47,878 nucleotides of DNA, taken from the NCBI GenBank assembly GCA_964546745.1, contig CAZJLN010000001.1, positions 1-47,878 of the forward strand. The letters run 5' to 3'. Of the stretch, positions 19,008-27,958 are shown piece after piece. The notes beneath the pieces are model-generated. The model was not told the origin of the DNA, did no database searches, and saw only the letters and a program-made list of their open reading frames with translations. The first letter of the stretch is position 1. Each line of letters starts with the position of its first letter. The translations under genes and the position numbers were made by a program. The DNA comes from an uncultured Anaerolineaceae bacterium. Its GTDB lineage: Bacteria; Chloroflexota; Anaerolineae; Anaerolineales; Anaerolineaceae.

Positions 19008-20936
19008 TTATGAGAGCTTGAAGGAAGACGAGAAAAAAGGCTTTACAACGGCTGTAGTGAAGGCAATTAAATGCAAGGCTGGAATACGCTGTCCATAGGT
19101 AGGTGAGTACCAACCCCAGGAAGGTTTGGGAGAGAGATCTCCTGAGAGGCATTCACCTGCTCGTACCAGTGCAAGGGATTCAGCGCCAGAAATGGTTAAT
19201 GACAGGCTGAAATCCGGTGTGGTGAGCGATAGACGATTGAGTTTTAGTTCCCAGGGCAAGTCAAGCATCAGCCAGGCAAGGCGGGCTTTGATGATATCCG
19301 GGTTCTTTCGGCATGGAACTAGCAAGTCATCGATAATGAATGTGTCTTCTGAGGGAGCGGAAAGCGTACGTTGATGCTGCCATCCTAGCCGTCGATAGCC
19401 ATTATGGACTGCGGTAAGTGCAGTTAACCGTCCATCGTTTGATAATGCTTGCTCAGTGATAGATGCTTGAGCCCAATTGAGCCAAAGGAAGCGGGAGGCA
19501 AAGGTCATCTGATCCTGATCATTAAGGGTGATGGTGTTATGAACCAGGCTAGAGGCAAGGGCGTTCTGCCAGGGAGGTAAGTCATTGTAAGAAAAGGTGC
19601 CTGGGTCTTGGGCAAGGTTTAAACCCTTAAACCACAGATCAACATGCAATTGATCCGCATGGGAAGGTCGGTCAGTGAAGTTGGCGACGTGGATAAATGC
19701 CCTGCCATTGGAACTGTCCAGACGTGGCATATCGACAGACTGGGGTTGAACAAGCATTTCAGAAGCAGGATTGAGCGGGATGTTCATCCAATATGCCAAT
19801 TCATCCCACTTGCCCGGCGGCAGGATGGTTTGTTTTAAGAATACGATCCCAGAAGCCTGTAGTATTGGGCGGTAATCCTGATAACTCAGCGATGTCAATG
19901 GAAGGATATGCGCGCCATCATTGGCGCCAAGATTTGGCACATAACCGGTTTCAGGATCGACTAACGCCCACAGCCACTGGACCGCTGCTGATAAACGCGA
20001 AAGCGTCGCTTCTGGCAAGGGCTGCGCGTTTGTTTGTTGAATTAAGAGCTGCATCCACAAGGTAAGATGCAGCATCAGGCGGTGATAGTTGGTAGAATGC
20101 TGGCTATAGGTGCCTTCTTCGCTGATCTGATTTTGAATGCCGCGATTGAACCACTTCCACCCCAACTTACGCCATGAGGTGGCATGCGGATGGGTTGGTA
20201 ATACAGCTGCTGCTGTGTAGAGCCCAACAGCTTCACTCAGCAAGTGATTATTGTTTTGTGAACGGGCATAAATTAGTGTGGGTGGGATACGGTCAGCATG
20301 ATCTGCAATAGCCTGGGCAAGTGCACCTTGGCGTTCAGTGGTGGAGGAAATAGATTGGTAAAAGATATGCCCACAAAAGGTAAAAGCGAGGATGCGCAGC
20401 GCAGATTCCTGTGCAGAGGTCCAATTGGGTCCCTGGTAAGGTGGATTGGCAAGCCGGAATTGTTCGAAATATCGCCAGAAAGCCTGTGAATAAGTTTCAT
20501 CCGGTTGAATAGCATATGCACGCGCCAGGGTGAAGGCCCAAGAAAAGCGTGCGGGTTCCCAAATCTCTTTAATATCCTCTTTTCCCCAGGTGGCATGACC
20601 TTGTTCATAGGCTGTCCAATGCAATAGTGGTGGCTGGGGAGAGAGGTTCATGGCGACTGGGTCTCCGCCAAAAAGTTTTACTTGACCCTTACTGATGGCA
20701 TCCGCTTCAGATAGAATTTGCCTTAATGAGATGCGATGTTCTTCGAAAAAGGTGGGAGGTGGAGGTGAAAAAAGATGCGTTATGATATCGGAAAATGCAA
20801 CTGGGCGAGGGATCGGGATGGGCGTGAGACGCTGGAAATGACCGGATTTGAGTCCGAAGCGGTAGACAGCAAGATTTAATAGCTTCGTAAACCCCAATTC
20901 GCGGAGGGCGGTGAGCGCCAATGTGAATTTGCTCAT
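19008..20936 (-). CDS. Heparinase II/III-like family protein, no signal peptide
   Basis: HADQLHVDLWFKGLNLAQDPGTFSY is the heparinase II/III C-terminal domain signature. The N-terminal half is an alginate-lyase-like alpha/alpha toroid. I prefer ATG at 20936 (MSKFTLALTAL); the track uses GTG at 21014. Confidence 0.78.
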   Translation of the reverse strand: MSKFTLALTALRELGFTKLLNLAVYRFGLKSGHFQRLTPIPIPRPVAFSDIITHLFSPPPPTFFEEHRISLRQILSEADAISKGQVKLFGGDPVAMNLSPQPPLLHWTAYEQGHATWGKEDIKEIWEPARFSWAFTLARAYAIQPDETYSQAFWRYFEQFRLANPPYQGPNWTSAQESALRILAFTFCGHIFYQSISSTTERQGALAQAIADHADRIPPTLIYARSQNNNHLLSEAVGLYTAAAVLPTHPHATSWRKLGWKWFNRGIQNQISEEGTYSQHSTNYHRLMLHLTLWMQLLIQQTNAQPLPEATLSRLSAAVQWLWALVDPETGYVPNLGANDGAHILPLTSLSYQDYRPILQASGIVFLKQTILPPGKWDELAYWMNIPLNPASEMLVQPQSVDMPRLDSSNGRAFIHVANFTDRPSHADQLHVDLWFKGLNLAQDPGTFSYNDLPPWQNALASSLVHNTITLNDQDQMTFASRFLWLNWAQASITEQALSNDGRLTALTAVHNGYRRLGWQHQRTLSAPSEDTFIIDDLLVPCRKNPDIIKARLAWLMLDLPWELKLNRLSLTTPDFSLSLTISGAESLALVRAGECLSGDLSPKPSWGWYSPTYGQRIPALHLIAFTTAVVKPFFSSSFKLS

Positions 20937-21099
20937 ACGATTATTATAGCTGAAAGGATCAGGAGAAAATGCCTGTAGTTTGGAAAGAAATATTGTTTTA
21001 AATCTTACAAACACAATTTTTACAGCATCTGCTTACCAAAAAAATCTACTGATCAAATAAATGTGCTTATTCTGTCGATAGCTTATCTACATTTTCCGT

Positions 21100-21149
21100 C
21101 CAAAAAAGGGTACCCCAATCAACTTAAGTACTTAAATTGCTTGTTGATT
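21100..21149 (-). terminator. Candidate terminator at the end of the AT-rich sugar operon
   Basis: On the minus strand, AATCAAC..GTTGATT flanks a TTAAGTACTTAA palindrome. It is followed by GGGGTACCC and TTTTTT. The stems are weak and AT-rich. Confidence 0.3.
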
Positions 21150-21189
21150 TCAGAATGATGGAAGAATAAGGTGTAAAGCTAAATAAAAT

Positions 21190-22815
21190 CTATGGGACCT
21201 TTATGACAATAATCCCATTAATCATCTGTATGTATCCGTCATTGGGATAAATAGGCATATTCAAAAATTCTTCAGAACTTTTAATAATATTTAGATCACT
21301 GGTTTTGGGACCTATAACCCTAAAAGAAAGAAAATTATTGAACATTTGATAATAATCTAATCTATTCATATATATATCATCTCCCTCAATCCCAGAAATT
21401 TTATTTAGAGCTGTAAACTCAGGACGAGTGGTGATGAACGGGACTGGCTCTGTTATAATTGCGACCCTTGTATCAGTAGTGTAACCTTCCATCTTTGAAA
21501 TATCATGTGTAATACGAACAGCAGTGGCATAAGATGATTCATAAGAAAGTTGCATATGGAAGTATCCCAGATTTGCTAATTTGAACCAATTAAATATCAA
21601 AACTACTGTGAATATTACCGCTGTCCAATTTAGAACGCTCAAACTATTATTCTTAAATATATTAATTTTATTGGTTTTTTTGTCAGTTAACTCCAAGCTT
21701 TTTTGTTTTTTATCTTCAGAAATATCATTAAGTATTTCTGTTAATTTAACTAACAATATGTATACCAACACAAAAGGATAGATCATTAACCAGTGCGTGT
21801 CCGGGTTTTGTCCTAAAACAGCAATGATATGAACCCCCAATGGAAATAATATCGCAAGAAAAAACGCCAGTATCAAATTAAGCTTTCTATATAATTTGGT
21901 AAATAAACCAATTAGGATTGAGAATAATACAATTAAGAATATTGAAATACGATATGCCCAAATAAAAAATGGAGTGGTTATTCCGTACTTGTCATAATAA
22001 AAAAAACGATATACTTTTTTGTATGCTTGATAAATTAATTCAGGTATAGATGCGAGAGATGGACTTTGCATATTGTCTATATCCCGATAAGCCGTGAGTG
22101 TTGTTCCAGTGGCTTTCAAACTAAGTTGAAGAATCCCATAATATAAGGCTATACTGATTATTATGATCAGAAGATATCTTAAACCTTCTAAGAGGATTTC
22201 CCTGGATCTCACCTCGTTTTTTATTGCTTTTACAAAACAAAGAATTATAAATAATCCTAAACTATATCCTATGTAAGCTTGATAGGTCCCTAGTGACAAA
22301 GTCAAAGAAACAATACTGACAACCCATGCCCATGATTTCTCTTTGGTGGCAAAATAAACAGCTAGAGTAGCTAAAAGAAGTGCAAAGAAAAATTTATCAG
22401 CGCCACCATATACAAATATGCCCACAGTAGATGGAAATGTTACTAATAGGCCTGATACTAAAACAATGTTGAGCCAGTTCTTTATTTGCAAAACATGGAT
22501 GGTTAGAGAAGCGGTTATGCTTAGTAAGATGATTGCCAGAGGATTGATTATCCCATTAACAAAAAAACCACCTCTAACTTTGTTTAGAAAAAAATAGAAC
22601 CACCTTCCCTGATCAAGACGAATACCAGATCCATACAAATATCCAACAGAATCATGATTGATAAGTTTGTTGGTGAGTATCGTTAAATGAGTAATTACTG
22701 CAATAATCAAAGCAGAAAAAAAAGCAATTCGAACTTCTCTTGATAATCGTAAATACCTTGTTTTTATCCAAGAGGAGATATCTATTATTTCCATAACTTG
22801 ATTTAAGACCTCCAC
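21190..22815 (-). CDS. Polytopic membrane protein, putative GT-C/GtrII-like lipid-linked-sugar glycosyltransferase
   Basis: 541 aa with about 11 TM segments plus a soluble domain of about 150 aa. It starts 5 nt after the GtrB-like GT2. The track start is GTG at 22815; an alternative ATG lies at 22794. The family assignment rests on topology and context. Confidence 0.55.
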   Translation of the reverse strand: MEVLNQVMEIIDISSWIKTRYLRLSREVRIAFFSALIIAVITHLTILTNKLINHDSVGYLYGSGIRLDQGRWFYFFLNKVRGGFFVNGIINPLAIILLSITASLTIHVLQIKNWLNIVLVSGLLVTFPSTVGIFVYGGADKFFFALLLATLAVYFATKEKSWAWVVSIVSLTLSLGTYQAYIGYSLGLFIILCFVKAIKNEVRSREILLEGLRYLLIIIISIALYYGILQLSLKATGTTLTAYRDIDNMQSPSLASIPELIYQAYKKVYRFFYYDKYGITTPFFIWAYRISIFLIVLFSILIGLFTKLYRKLNLILAFFLAILFPLGVHIIAVLGQNPDTHWLMIYPFVLVYILLVKLTEILNDISEDKKQKSLELTDKKTNKINIFKNNSLSVLNWTAVIFTVVLIFNWFKLANLGYFHMQLSYESSYATAVRITHDISKMEGYTTDTRVAIITEPVPFITTRPEFTALNKISGIEGDDIYMNRLDYYQMFNNFLSFRVIGPKTSDLNIIKSSEEFLNMPIYPNDGYIQMINGIIVIKVP

Positions 22816-22820
22816 ACTTT

Positions 22821-23774
22821 TTACTTCTGTGCAGAAATATCCTTAAAGTTAATCCTTTTTTCTTCAATAACCAAGGGTCTGCGCATCACCCTGGTATTGA
22901 TGCTTATTATGTACTCTCCAAGAATTCCTATAAAAAACAGCTGAACAGAGGAGAAAAAAAACAAACCTATAAGAATTGGTGCAGTCCCCGCTGGGAAACG
23001 GTCCCAAAACAACAATTTTAAGATCAAATATACGATTCCGATAATGATACTGATAGCAGCAATACCAAAGCCGATTAATGTTGAAATCCGTAAAAATATT
23101 TTTGAGTATGAAGTGATTCCGATCATTGCATAATCGTAAAGTGATATAAAATTATTTTTACTTTTTCCGCCACGACGTTTATGTTGTCTGTAAGGAATGG
23201 CTTTGTAATCAAATCCGAGTTCAGCTACGATTCCGCGAAGGTAAGGAAGGGGGTCATCTAACTCGCGTAAAATATCGATAAATTGTTTGTCATACAGACC
23301 AAATCCAGTAAAGTGGCGAATTTGCTCTACATCAGATATTTTCTGGATAAGTTTGTAAAAGCTGGAGCGAATGAAATAATTAACTTTGCTCTCTTCACTT
23401 GAATCTTTGATTCCAATGACAATCTTCCACCCTTTTTCCCACTCCTTTAGAAAATCTACAATCATTTCTGGAGGGTCCTGAAAATCTGCGCAAAGCTTTA
23501 TTACACAATCTCCATATGCCTGCTTGAGTCCATAGACTGGAGACTTTAATTGTCCAAAATTCCTAGTATTGAAGATTGCTTTGATCCGATGGTTTTGGCT
23601 GCAAATCACTTCTATTTCATCTCTCGTTCCATCAGTGGAATGATTATCGATAATTATAATTTCATAATCATAATGTGATAGCTGGGTTTCAAACAAAGTG
23701 ATAAGCACATCACAAAGTTGTCGGATATTTTGGACTTCGTTATAAGTTGGGATCACTATGCTGATTTTCTTCAT
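22821..23774 (-). CDS. Polyprenyl-phosphate glycosyltransferase, GT2 (GtrB/ArnC/DPM1-like)
   Basis: KKISIVIPTYNE, YEIIIIDNHSTDGT, RNFGQ, LCADFQDPPE and two C-terminal TM helices make up the GtrB/ArnC architecture. ATG at 23774 forms an ATGA overlap with the upstream stop; the track start is 23798. Confidence 0.85.
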   Translation of the reverse strand: MKKISIVIPTYNEVQNIRQLCDVLITLFETQLSHYDYEIIIIDNHSTDGTRDEIEVICSQNHRIKAIFNTRNFGQLKSPVYGLKQAYGDCVIKLCADFQDPPEMIVDFLKEWEKGWKIVIGIKDSSEESKVNYFIRSSFYKLIQKISDVEQIRHFTGFGLYDKQFIDILRELDDPLPYLRGIVAELGFDYKAIPYRQHKRRGGKSKNNFISLYDYAMIGITSYSKIFLRISTLIGFGIAAISIIIGIVYLILKLLFWDRFPAGTAPILIGLFFFSSVQLFFIGILGEYIISINTRVMRRPLVIEEKRINFKDISAQK

Positions 23775-24709
23775 GCAATTTTCTCCGCTTTCATCCATTC
23801 GATGGTTTTCCTTACCCCATCTTCAAAAGTAAATTGAGGGACAAATCCTGTGTCATTGGTGAGGGATGAAATGTCTACGCACAAGTTGGTTGGTTGGTTT
23901 GAATTTAAAGCCATGTTTCCCAAAACCACCTTATATTCAGGGTTAATAATATCACGCATAGCATAGATGTAATAAGAAAGTTTATAACTTCTTCCACTTC
24001 CAAGACAGTACACATGTCTAGTGTTTTTAGATTGTCCTATCATATAAAGCGCAATTCCTGCATCCTCAGAAAATAAGTAATCCCAATATTGTTCACCAGA
24101 AGTAAAAGACATTTGTTCATTGTTTAAAAATTTTCTGATTGCTGAACTTATCATCGTGGTTGGTTTGTCATAAATCCCAAAAACACTAAATATTCTTACC
24201 CAAACAAATTCCAAACCAAGCATCTGACACTCGAGTTCAGCACATTTAGCCGCGGCATATTTAGCAATTCCGTAAGGAGTATCAGGATTGGTGGGTGATT
24301 CAGGTGTTAAAATAACTCCTTGTGTTTTCCCGTATTCTGCTTGGGATCCAGCACCTATGAACCGTTTACACCCAAGTTCTTTTGCAGATCTCGATGCATG
24401 GATCGTGAAGCGGATATTTTCTAGTTGCAAAAAAATATTTTCGTTGCGTTTTACTCCTGTCGCTTTCCAACCCAGATGGAAAAAAGTATCACATTCATGG
24501 CTAATTAAATTTGGAAGATTGCGATAGTTTTCACTATCGCACTGTATTATTTTTATCAGATCTGATGAAGGAATTCGGTTCATCTTTTTTGTGCCAGGCT
24601 GAACCACTGAAAAAACACGCACATCCTTCTTGATAAACTGTTGCGTTAACGCAACACCAATCATTGAGGTAGCTCCTGTTATTACCACACTTTTTTTTGG
24701 CTGTGTCAA
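23771..24709 (-). CDS. NAD(P)-dependent SDR sugar ketoreductase/epimerase (RfbS/RfbJ/YerF-like)
   Basis: 312 aa. Rossmann motif VVITGATSMIGVAL and catalytic YGIAK (YxxxK). It overlaps the upstream ThDP enzyme gene by 4 nt. Confidence 0.8.
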   Translation of the reverse strand: MTQPKKSVVITGATSMIGVALTQQFIKKDVRVFSVVQPGTKKMNRIPSSDLIKIIQCDSENYRNLPNLISHECDTFFHLGWKATGVKRNENIFLQLENIRFTIHASRSAKELGCKRFIGAGSQAEYGKTQGVILTPESPTNPDTPYGIAKYAAAKCAELECQMLGLEFVWVRIFSVFGIYDKPTTMISSAIRKFLNNEQMSFTSGEQYWDYLFSEDAGIALYMIGQSKNTRHVYCLGSGRSYKLSYYIYAMRDIINPEYKVVLGNMALNSNQPTNLCVDISSLTNDTGFVPQFTFEDGVRKTIEWMKAEKIA

Positions 24710-26526
24710 GGTATGTCTTCCTCCCAGAGCGGAATCAACATATTGGCTTTAAGTTCGTCTAACGGAAGGAAGGGATACATATTCTCCAGGCTTTGTGATA
24801 CTATTCTGCCATCCCTAAGTTGACGGCTGGAAAGTTTTGGTTGGGTTTCTTGATCTAATCCTACAATTACTTCGCAAATTGCTGAACTTTGACTTGTAAG
24901 GACTTCTGTTATTACAGAATTAAGATCATGGGTCTTTGAACATGAATAATATGTAATACCATAGGCACAGGCAATTTTTGAAAGATCAGGAAAGCTCAAG
25001 TCACCGCTATCATTACCCACGCCAACCAAATTTCCGTTGAAATAATGGTTTTGTGTTTGCCGAATCGAATGATAACCTTCGTTATTGATAACAAATATCT
25101 TTATCGGTAATTTATTTTGGACGATAGTCTGTAATTCCTGAATATTCATTTGAAAACTTCCATCCCCAGTGACACAGACAACGGATTGCTTCCCATTTGC
25201 GATACAGGCTCCGATGGCTGCAGGGAGACAATAACCCATGGATGCAGTAGTTGGGTTGGTAATAAAACGTTGCCCCTTTTTAATTATCACAGATTGACTT
25301 CCTGCAACTCTAACCATACCGATACTTACTACTAATATTGACGATTCAAGCATTTCCTTGCTTAACTCATTGAAAAAAGCATATATATTAGTCTTTTGAT
25401 CGTTGTCATAGTGACTTTGGCCAACAACAGGATAATTGTTTTTCCATTTAGAACATGTTTTATTCCATGCAGTGTGTTTAGTGAGATTCTTGTTTTTGCA
25501 CACCTTAGTTAGTGCAGTTATAAATAATTTTGCATCAGCACAAATCGGTAAATCAATTTGAATCTGTTTTTTCTTAAGCTCTTCTTCGTCAATATTTACC
25601 ATCACTTTGTAAGCAGCTCTTGCCCAGGCTTTAAAATTAAAACCAGTTACAGAAATCCCCAATCTACTTCCGATAGAAAATAAGAAGTCACAATTTTGCA
25701 TAGCAAAATTTCCTGCCCGTGTACCAGTAGGACCACATCGGCCAATATATAAAGGATTATTTGATTCGATAACATCAATACTGCTCATACAACTTATGAC
25801 AGGAATATTCAATAGCGATACAAGTCTTAAGAATTCTTGATGTGCTCCCGCTAATCGAATCCCATTTCCAGCAATTATGACTGGTCTTTCTGATGATTGA
25901 ATCTTTTCTAAAAGCTTAACCAGAATTTGTTCGTCTTCTAATTCATGCTGATTCTTTTGGCTCTGTTTGTGGTACTTTTTAAGGTCTACAGTCTCAATGA
26001 TCGCACCTTGAACATCCAATGGAATGTCTAGCCATACTGGCCCGGGTCTCCCAGATCTTGCCAGTTGTAGTGCCTTTTCTAGATGATATCTAATTTCAAG
26101 AGGTTCATTGACAGTTACAGCATATTTTGTCATGCTTTTGATTGCAGAAACAATGTCGACTTCTTGAATTCCAAAAAAACGCACTTTTGTTCCTGTACTT
26201 GCAGCTGAATTGCCTCTAGGTACCTGACCAGAGATAAATAAAACGGGAATCGAATCTGTATATGCACACAAACATCCTGTTATCGCATTTGTAGCTCCAG
26301 GACCTGATGTGACACAGGTGCATGACATCTGATTATTAACACGAAAAAATGCTTCTGCAGCCATAGCCGCAGCTTGTTCGTGATGATGATAAGTCACATG
26401 AAGTCCATCCTGATGCCCAAAAGCATCGTTTAGATGCATTGATCCACCACCTACTACTGAAAAAATATTGGTGAATCCATTTTCCACCAAAAATTCAGAA
26501 ATATACTTAGACAACTTTATTTGCAT
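24706..26526 (-). CDS. Thiamine-diphosphate-dependent enzyme of the acetolactate-synthase large-subunit family (YerE-like)
   Basis: 606 aa with a three-domain ALS-like layout. The N-terminal Pyr domain has HHHEQAAAMAAEA. The ThDP motif is TGDGSFQMNIQELQTIVQNKLPIKIFVINNEGY, matching GDG-x(24-27)-NN. Confidence 0.85.
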   Translation of the reverse strand: MQIKLSKYISEFLVENGFTNIFSVVGGGSMHLNDAFGHQDGLHVTYHHHEQAAAMAAEAFFRVNNQMSCTCVTSGPGATNAITGCLCAYTDSIPVLFISGQVPRGNSAASTGTKVRFFGIQEVDIVSAIKSMTKYAVTVNEPLEIRYHLEKALQLARSGRPGPVWLDIPLDVQGAIIETVDLKKYHKQSQKNQHELEDEQILVKLLEKIQSSERPVIIAGNGIRLAGAHQEFLRLVSLLNIPVISCMSSIDVIESNNPLYIGRCGPTGTRAGNFAMQNCDFLFSIGSRLGISVTGFNFKAWARAAYKVMVNIDEEELKKKQIQIDLPICADAKLFITALTKVCKNKNLTKHTAWNKTCSKWKNNYPVVGQSHYDNDQKTNIYAFFNELSKEMLESSILVVSIGMVRVAGSQSVIIKKGQRFITNPTTASMGYCLPAAIGACIANGKQSVVCVTGDGSFQMNIQELQTIVQNKLPIKIFVINNEGYHSIRQTQNHYFNGNLVGVGNDSGDLSFPDLSKIACAYGITYYSCSKTHDLNSVITEVLTSQSSAICEVIVGLDQETQPKLSSRQLRDGRIVSQSLENMYPFLPLDELKANMLIPLWEEDIP

Positions 26527-26620
26527 TAATAGATCCTTCTATTTATTGCGCAAAAGGTGCATTACCAGACTCTATGTCACCTCAAGGCTTTTAAAAATTA
26601 ATCCAAAACCCTTCCTTTTG

Positions 26621-27958
26621 CTAAATATTCACAGCTTCACTAAGTCGTAAAGTAATTTGTCCAAGTGTTTCCTCAGTCATACCTGGATAAATACCCACTA
26701 AAAATGTATCGCGCATGATCTTATCCGTATTTTGTAGAGACCCTACAACCCGATATCCTTCTTTTGTTTTTCGCATTTGATCAAAGCAGGGGTGTTTTAG
26801 TAGATTTCCTGCAAACAAGGAACGGGTTTGGATTCCGTGATTTTCAAGATAACGAACAATTATTTCTCTTCTATTTTCCTGTAGACATGTGAGTGGGAAT
26901 GCAAACCAACTAGGAATCGAATTCTCAAGAGGTTCTGGAAGCAATAATTTGTCAGATATTGAAATTAATGCTTGATAAAGATAATTGAAGTTCCTGATTC
27001 TTTGTTCAATAAAATACGGTAATTTCTTAAGTTGGGAGCATCCTATCGCCGCTTGCATATCAGTGGCTTTAAGGTTATATCCGAAATGAGAATACACATA
27101 TTTGTGATCATATCCATAGGGTAATTCTCCATATTGTGCATCAAAGCGGTGATTACAGGTGTTATCCATGCCGGGTGGACATTTACAATCCCTGCCCCAA
27201 TCCCTCAGAGACCGCATTATTTTGTGCAGCAATGGATTATTCGTGTAAACAGCCCCGCCTTCCCCCATGGTGATATGATGGGCCGGGTAAAAACTTGAGG
27301 TTCCAATGTCACCTATAGTACCTGTAAGGATCTCCTCCCCTTTAATATTTACTCTAGAGCCTAATGCATCACAATTATCTTCAATTAACCATAAATCATT
27401 ACGTTCACAGAAGGATTTTACTTTTTCTATGTTAAAAGGATTGCCTAGTGTGTGTGCCACCATGACTGCTTTTGTTTTTGGTGATAAAGCTGTTTCCAGC
27501 AAGTTCGGATCGATGTTATATTGAGGTATTGTGACATCTACAAAGACAGGAATTGCTCCAAATTGGATTATCGGTGAAACTGTAGTCGGGAAGCCTGTGG
27601 CAACTGTAATAACCTCATCCCCTCTTTTCACAGCTCGATCTCTCAGCAATGGAGATGTTAGGCACATAAAAGCCAACAAATTTGCTGATGAGCCAGAGTT
27701 TACTACTGAACAATACTTTAAATTTAAAAAACCTGCAAAGTCCTTTTCAAATTGATCTGTAAACCGCCCAGCAGTCAGCCAAAAATCTAATGCACTATCA
27801 ACTAAGTTAATCATATCGTCTTTGTCATAGATACGAGAAGCATAAGGAATACGTTGCCCTTCCTTATAAGCAATGCTCTTATGATGCTTTTCACAATATT
27901 GACTAACTAGGTTAAGGATGGCTTGCCGATCCTCCTGCTCGCCTTTCTTCTCAAACAT
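26621..27958 (-). CDS. rfbH: CDP-6-deoxy-L-threo-D-glycero-4-hexulose 3-dehydrase (E1; RfbH/DdhC/AscC type)
   Basis: 445 aa, DegT/DnrJ/EryC1 fold. SFYPAHHITMGEGG has His where aminotransferases carry the Schiff-base Lys (codons 27275-27280). The Cys cluster DCKCPPGMDNTC (CxCx7C, 27155-27187) is characteristic of E1. Confidence 0.88.
   Translation of the reverse strand: MFEKKGEQEDRQAILNLVSQYCEKHHKSIAYKEGQRIPYASRIYDKDDMINLVDSALDFWLTAGRFTDQFEKDFAGFLNLKYCSVVNSGSSANLLAFMCLTSPLLRDRAVKRGDEVITVATGFPTTVSPIIQFGAIPVFVDVTIPQYNIDPNLLETALSPKTKAVMVAHTLGNPFNIEKVKSFCERNDLWLIEDNCDALGSRVNIKGEEILTGTIGDIGTSSFYPAHHITMGEGGAVYTNNPLLHKIMRSLRDWGRDCKCPPGMDNTCNHRFDAQYGELPYGYDHKYVYSHFGYNLKATDMQAAIGCSQLKKLPYFIEQRIRNFNYLYQALISISDKLLLPEPLENSIPSWFAFPLTCLQENRREIIVRYLENHGIQTRSLFAGNLLKHPCFDQMRKTKEGYRVVGSLQNTDKIMRDTFLVGIYPGMTEETLGQITLRLSEAVNI

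Noticed and set aside
20273-20608. 111-aa same-strand alternative-frame ORF inside the heparinase-like gene.
   Set aside because: It is embedded in a longer ORF with family motifs, and there is no independent evidence for an overlapping gene.
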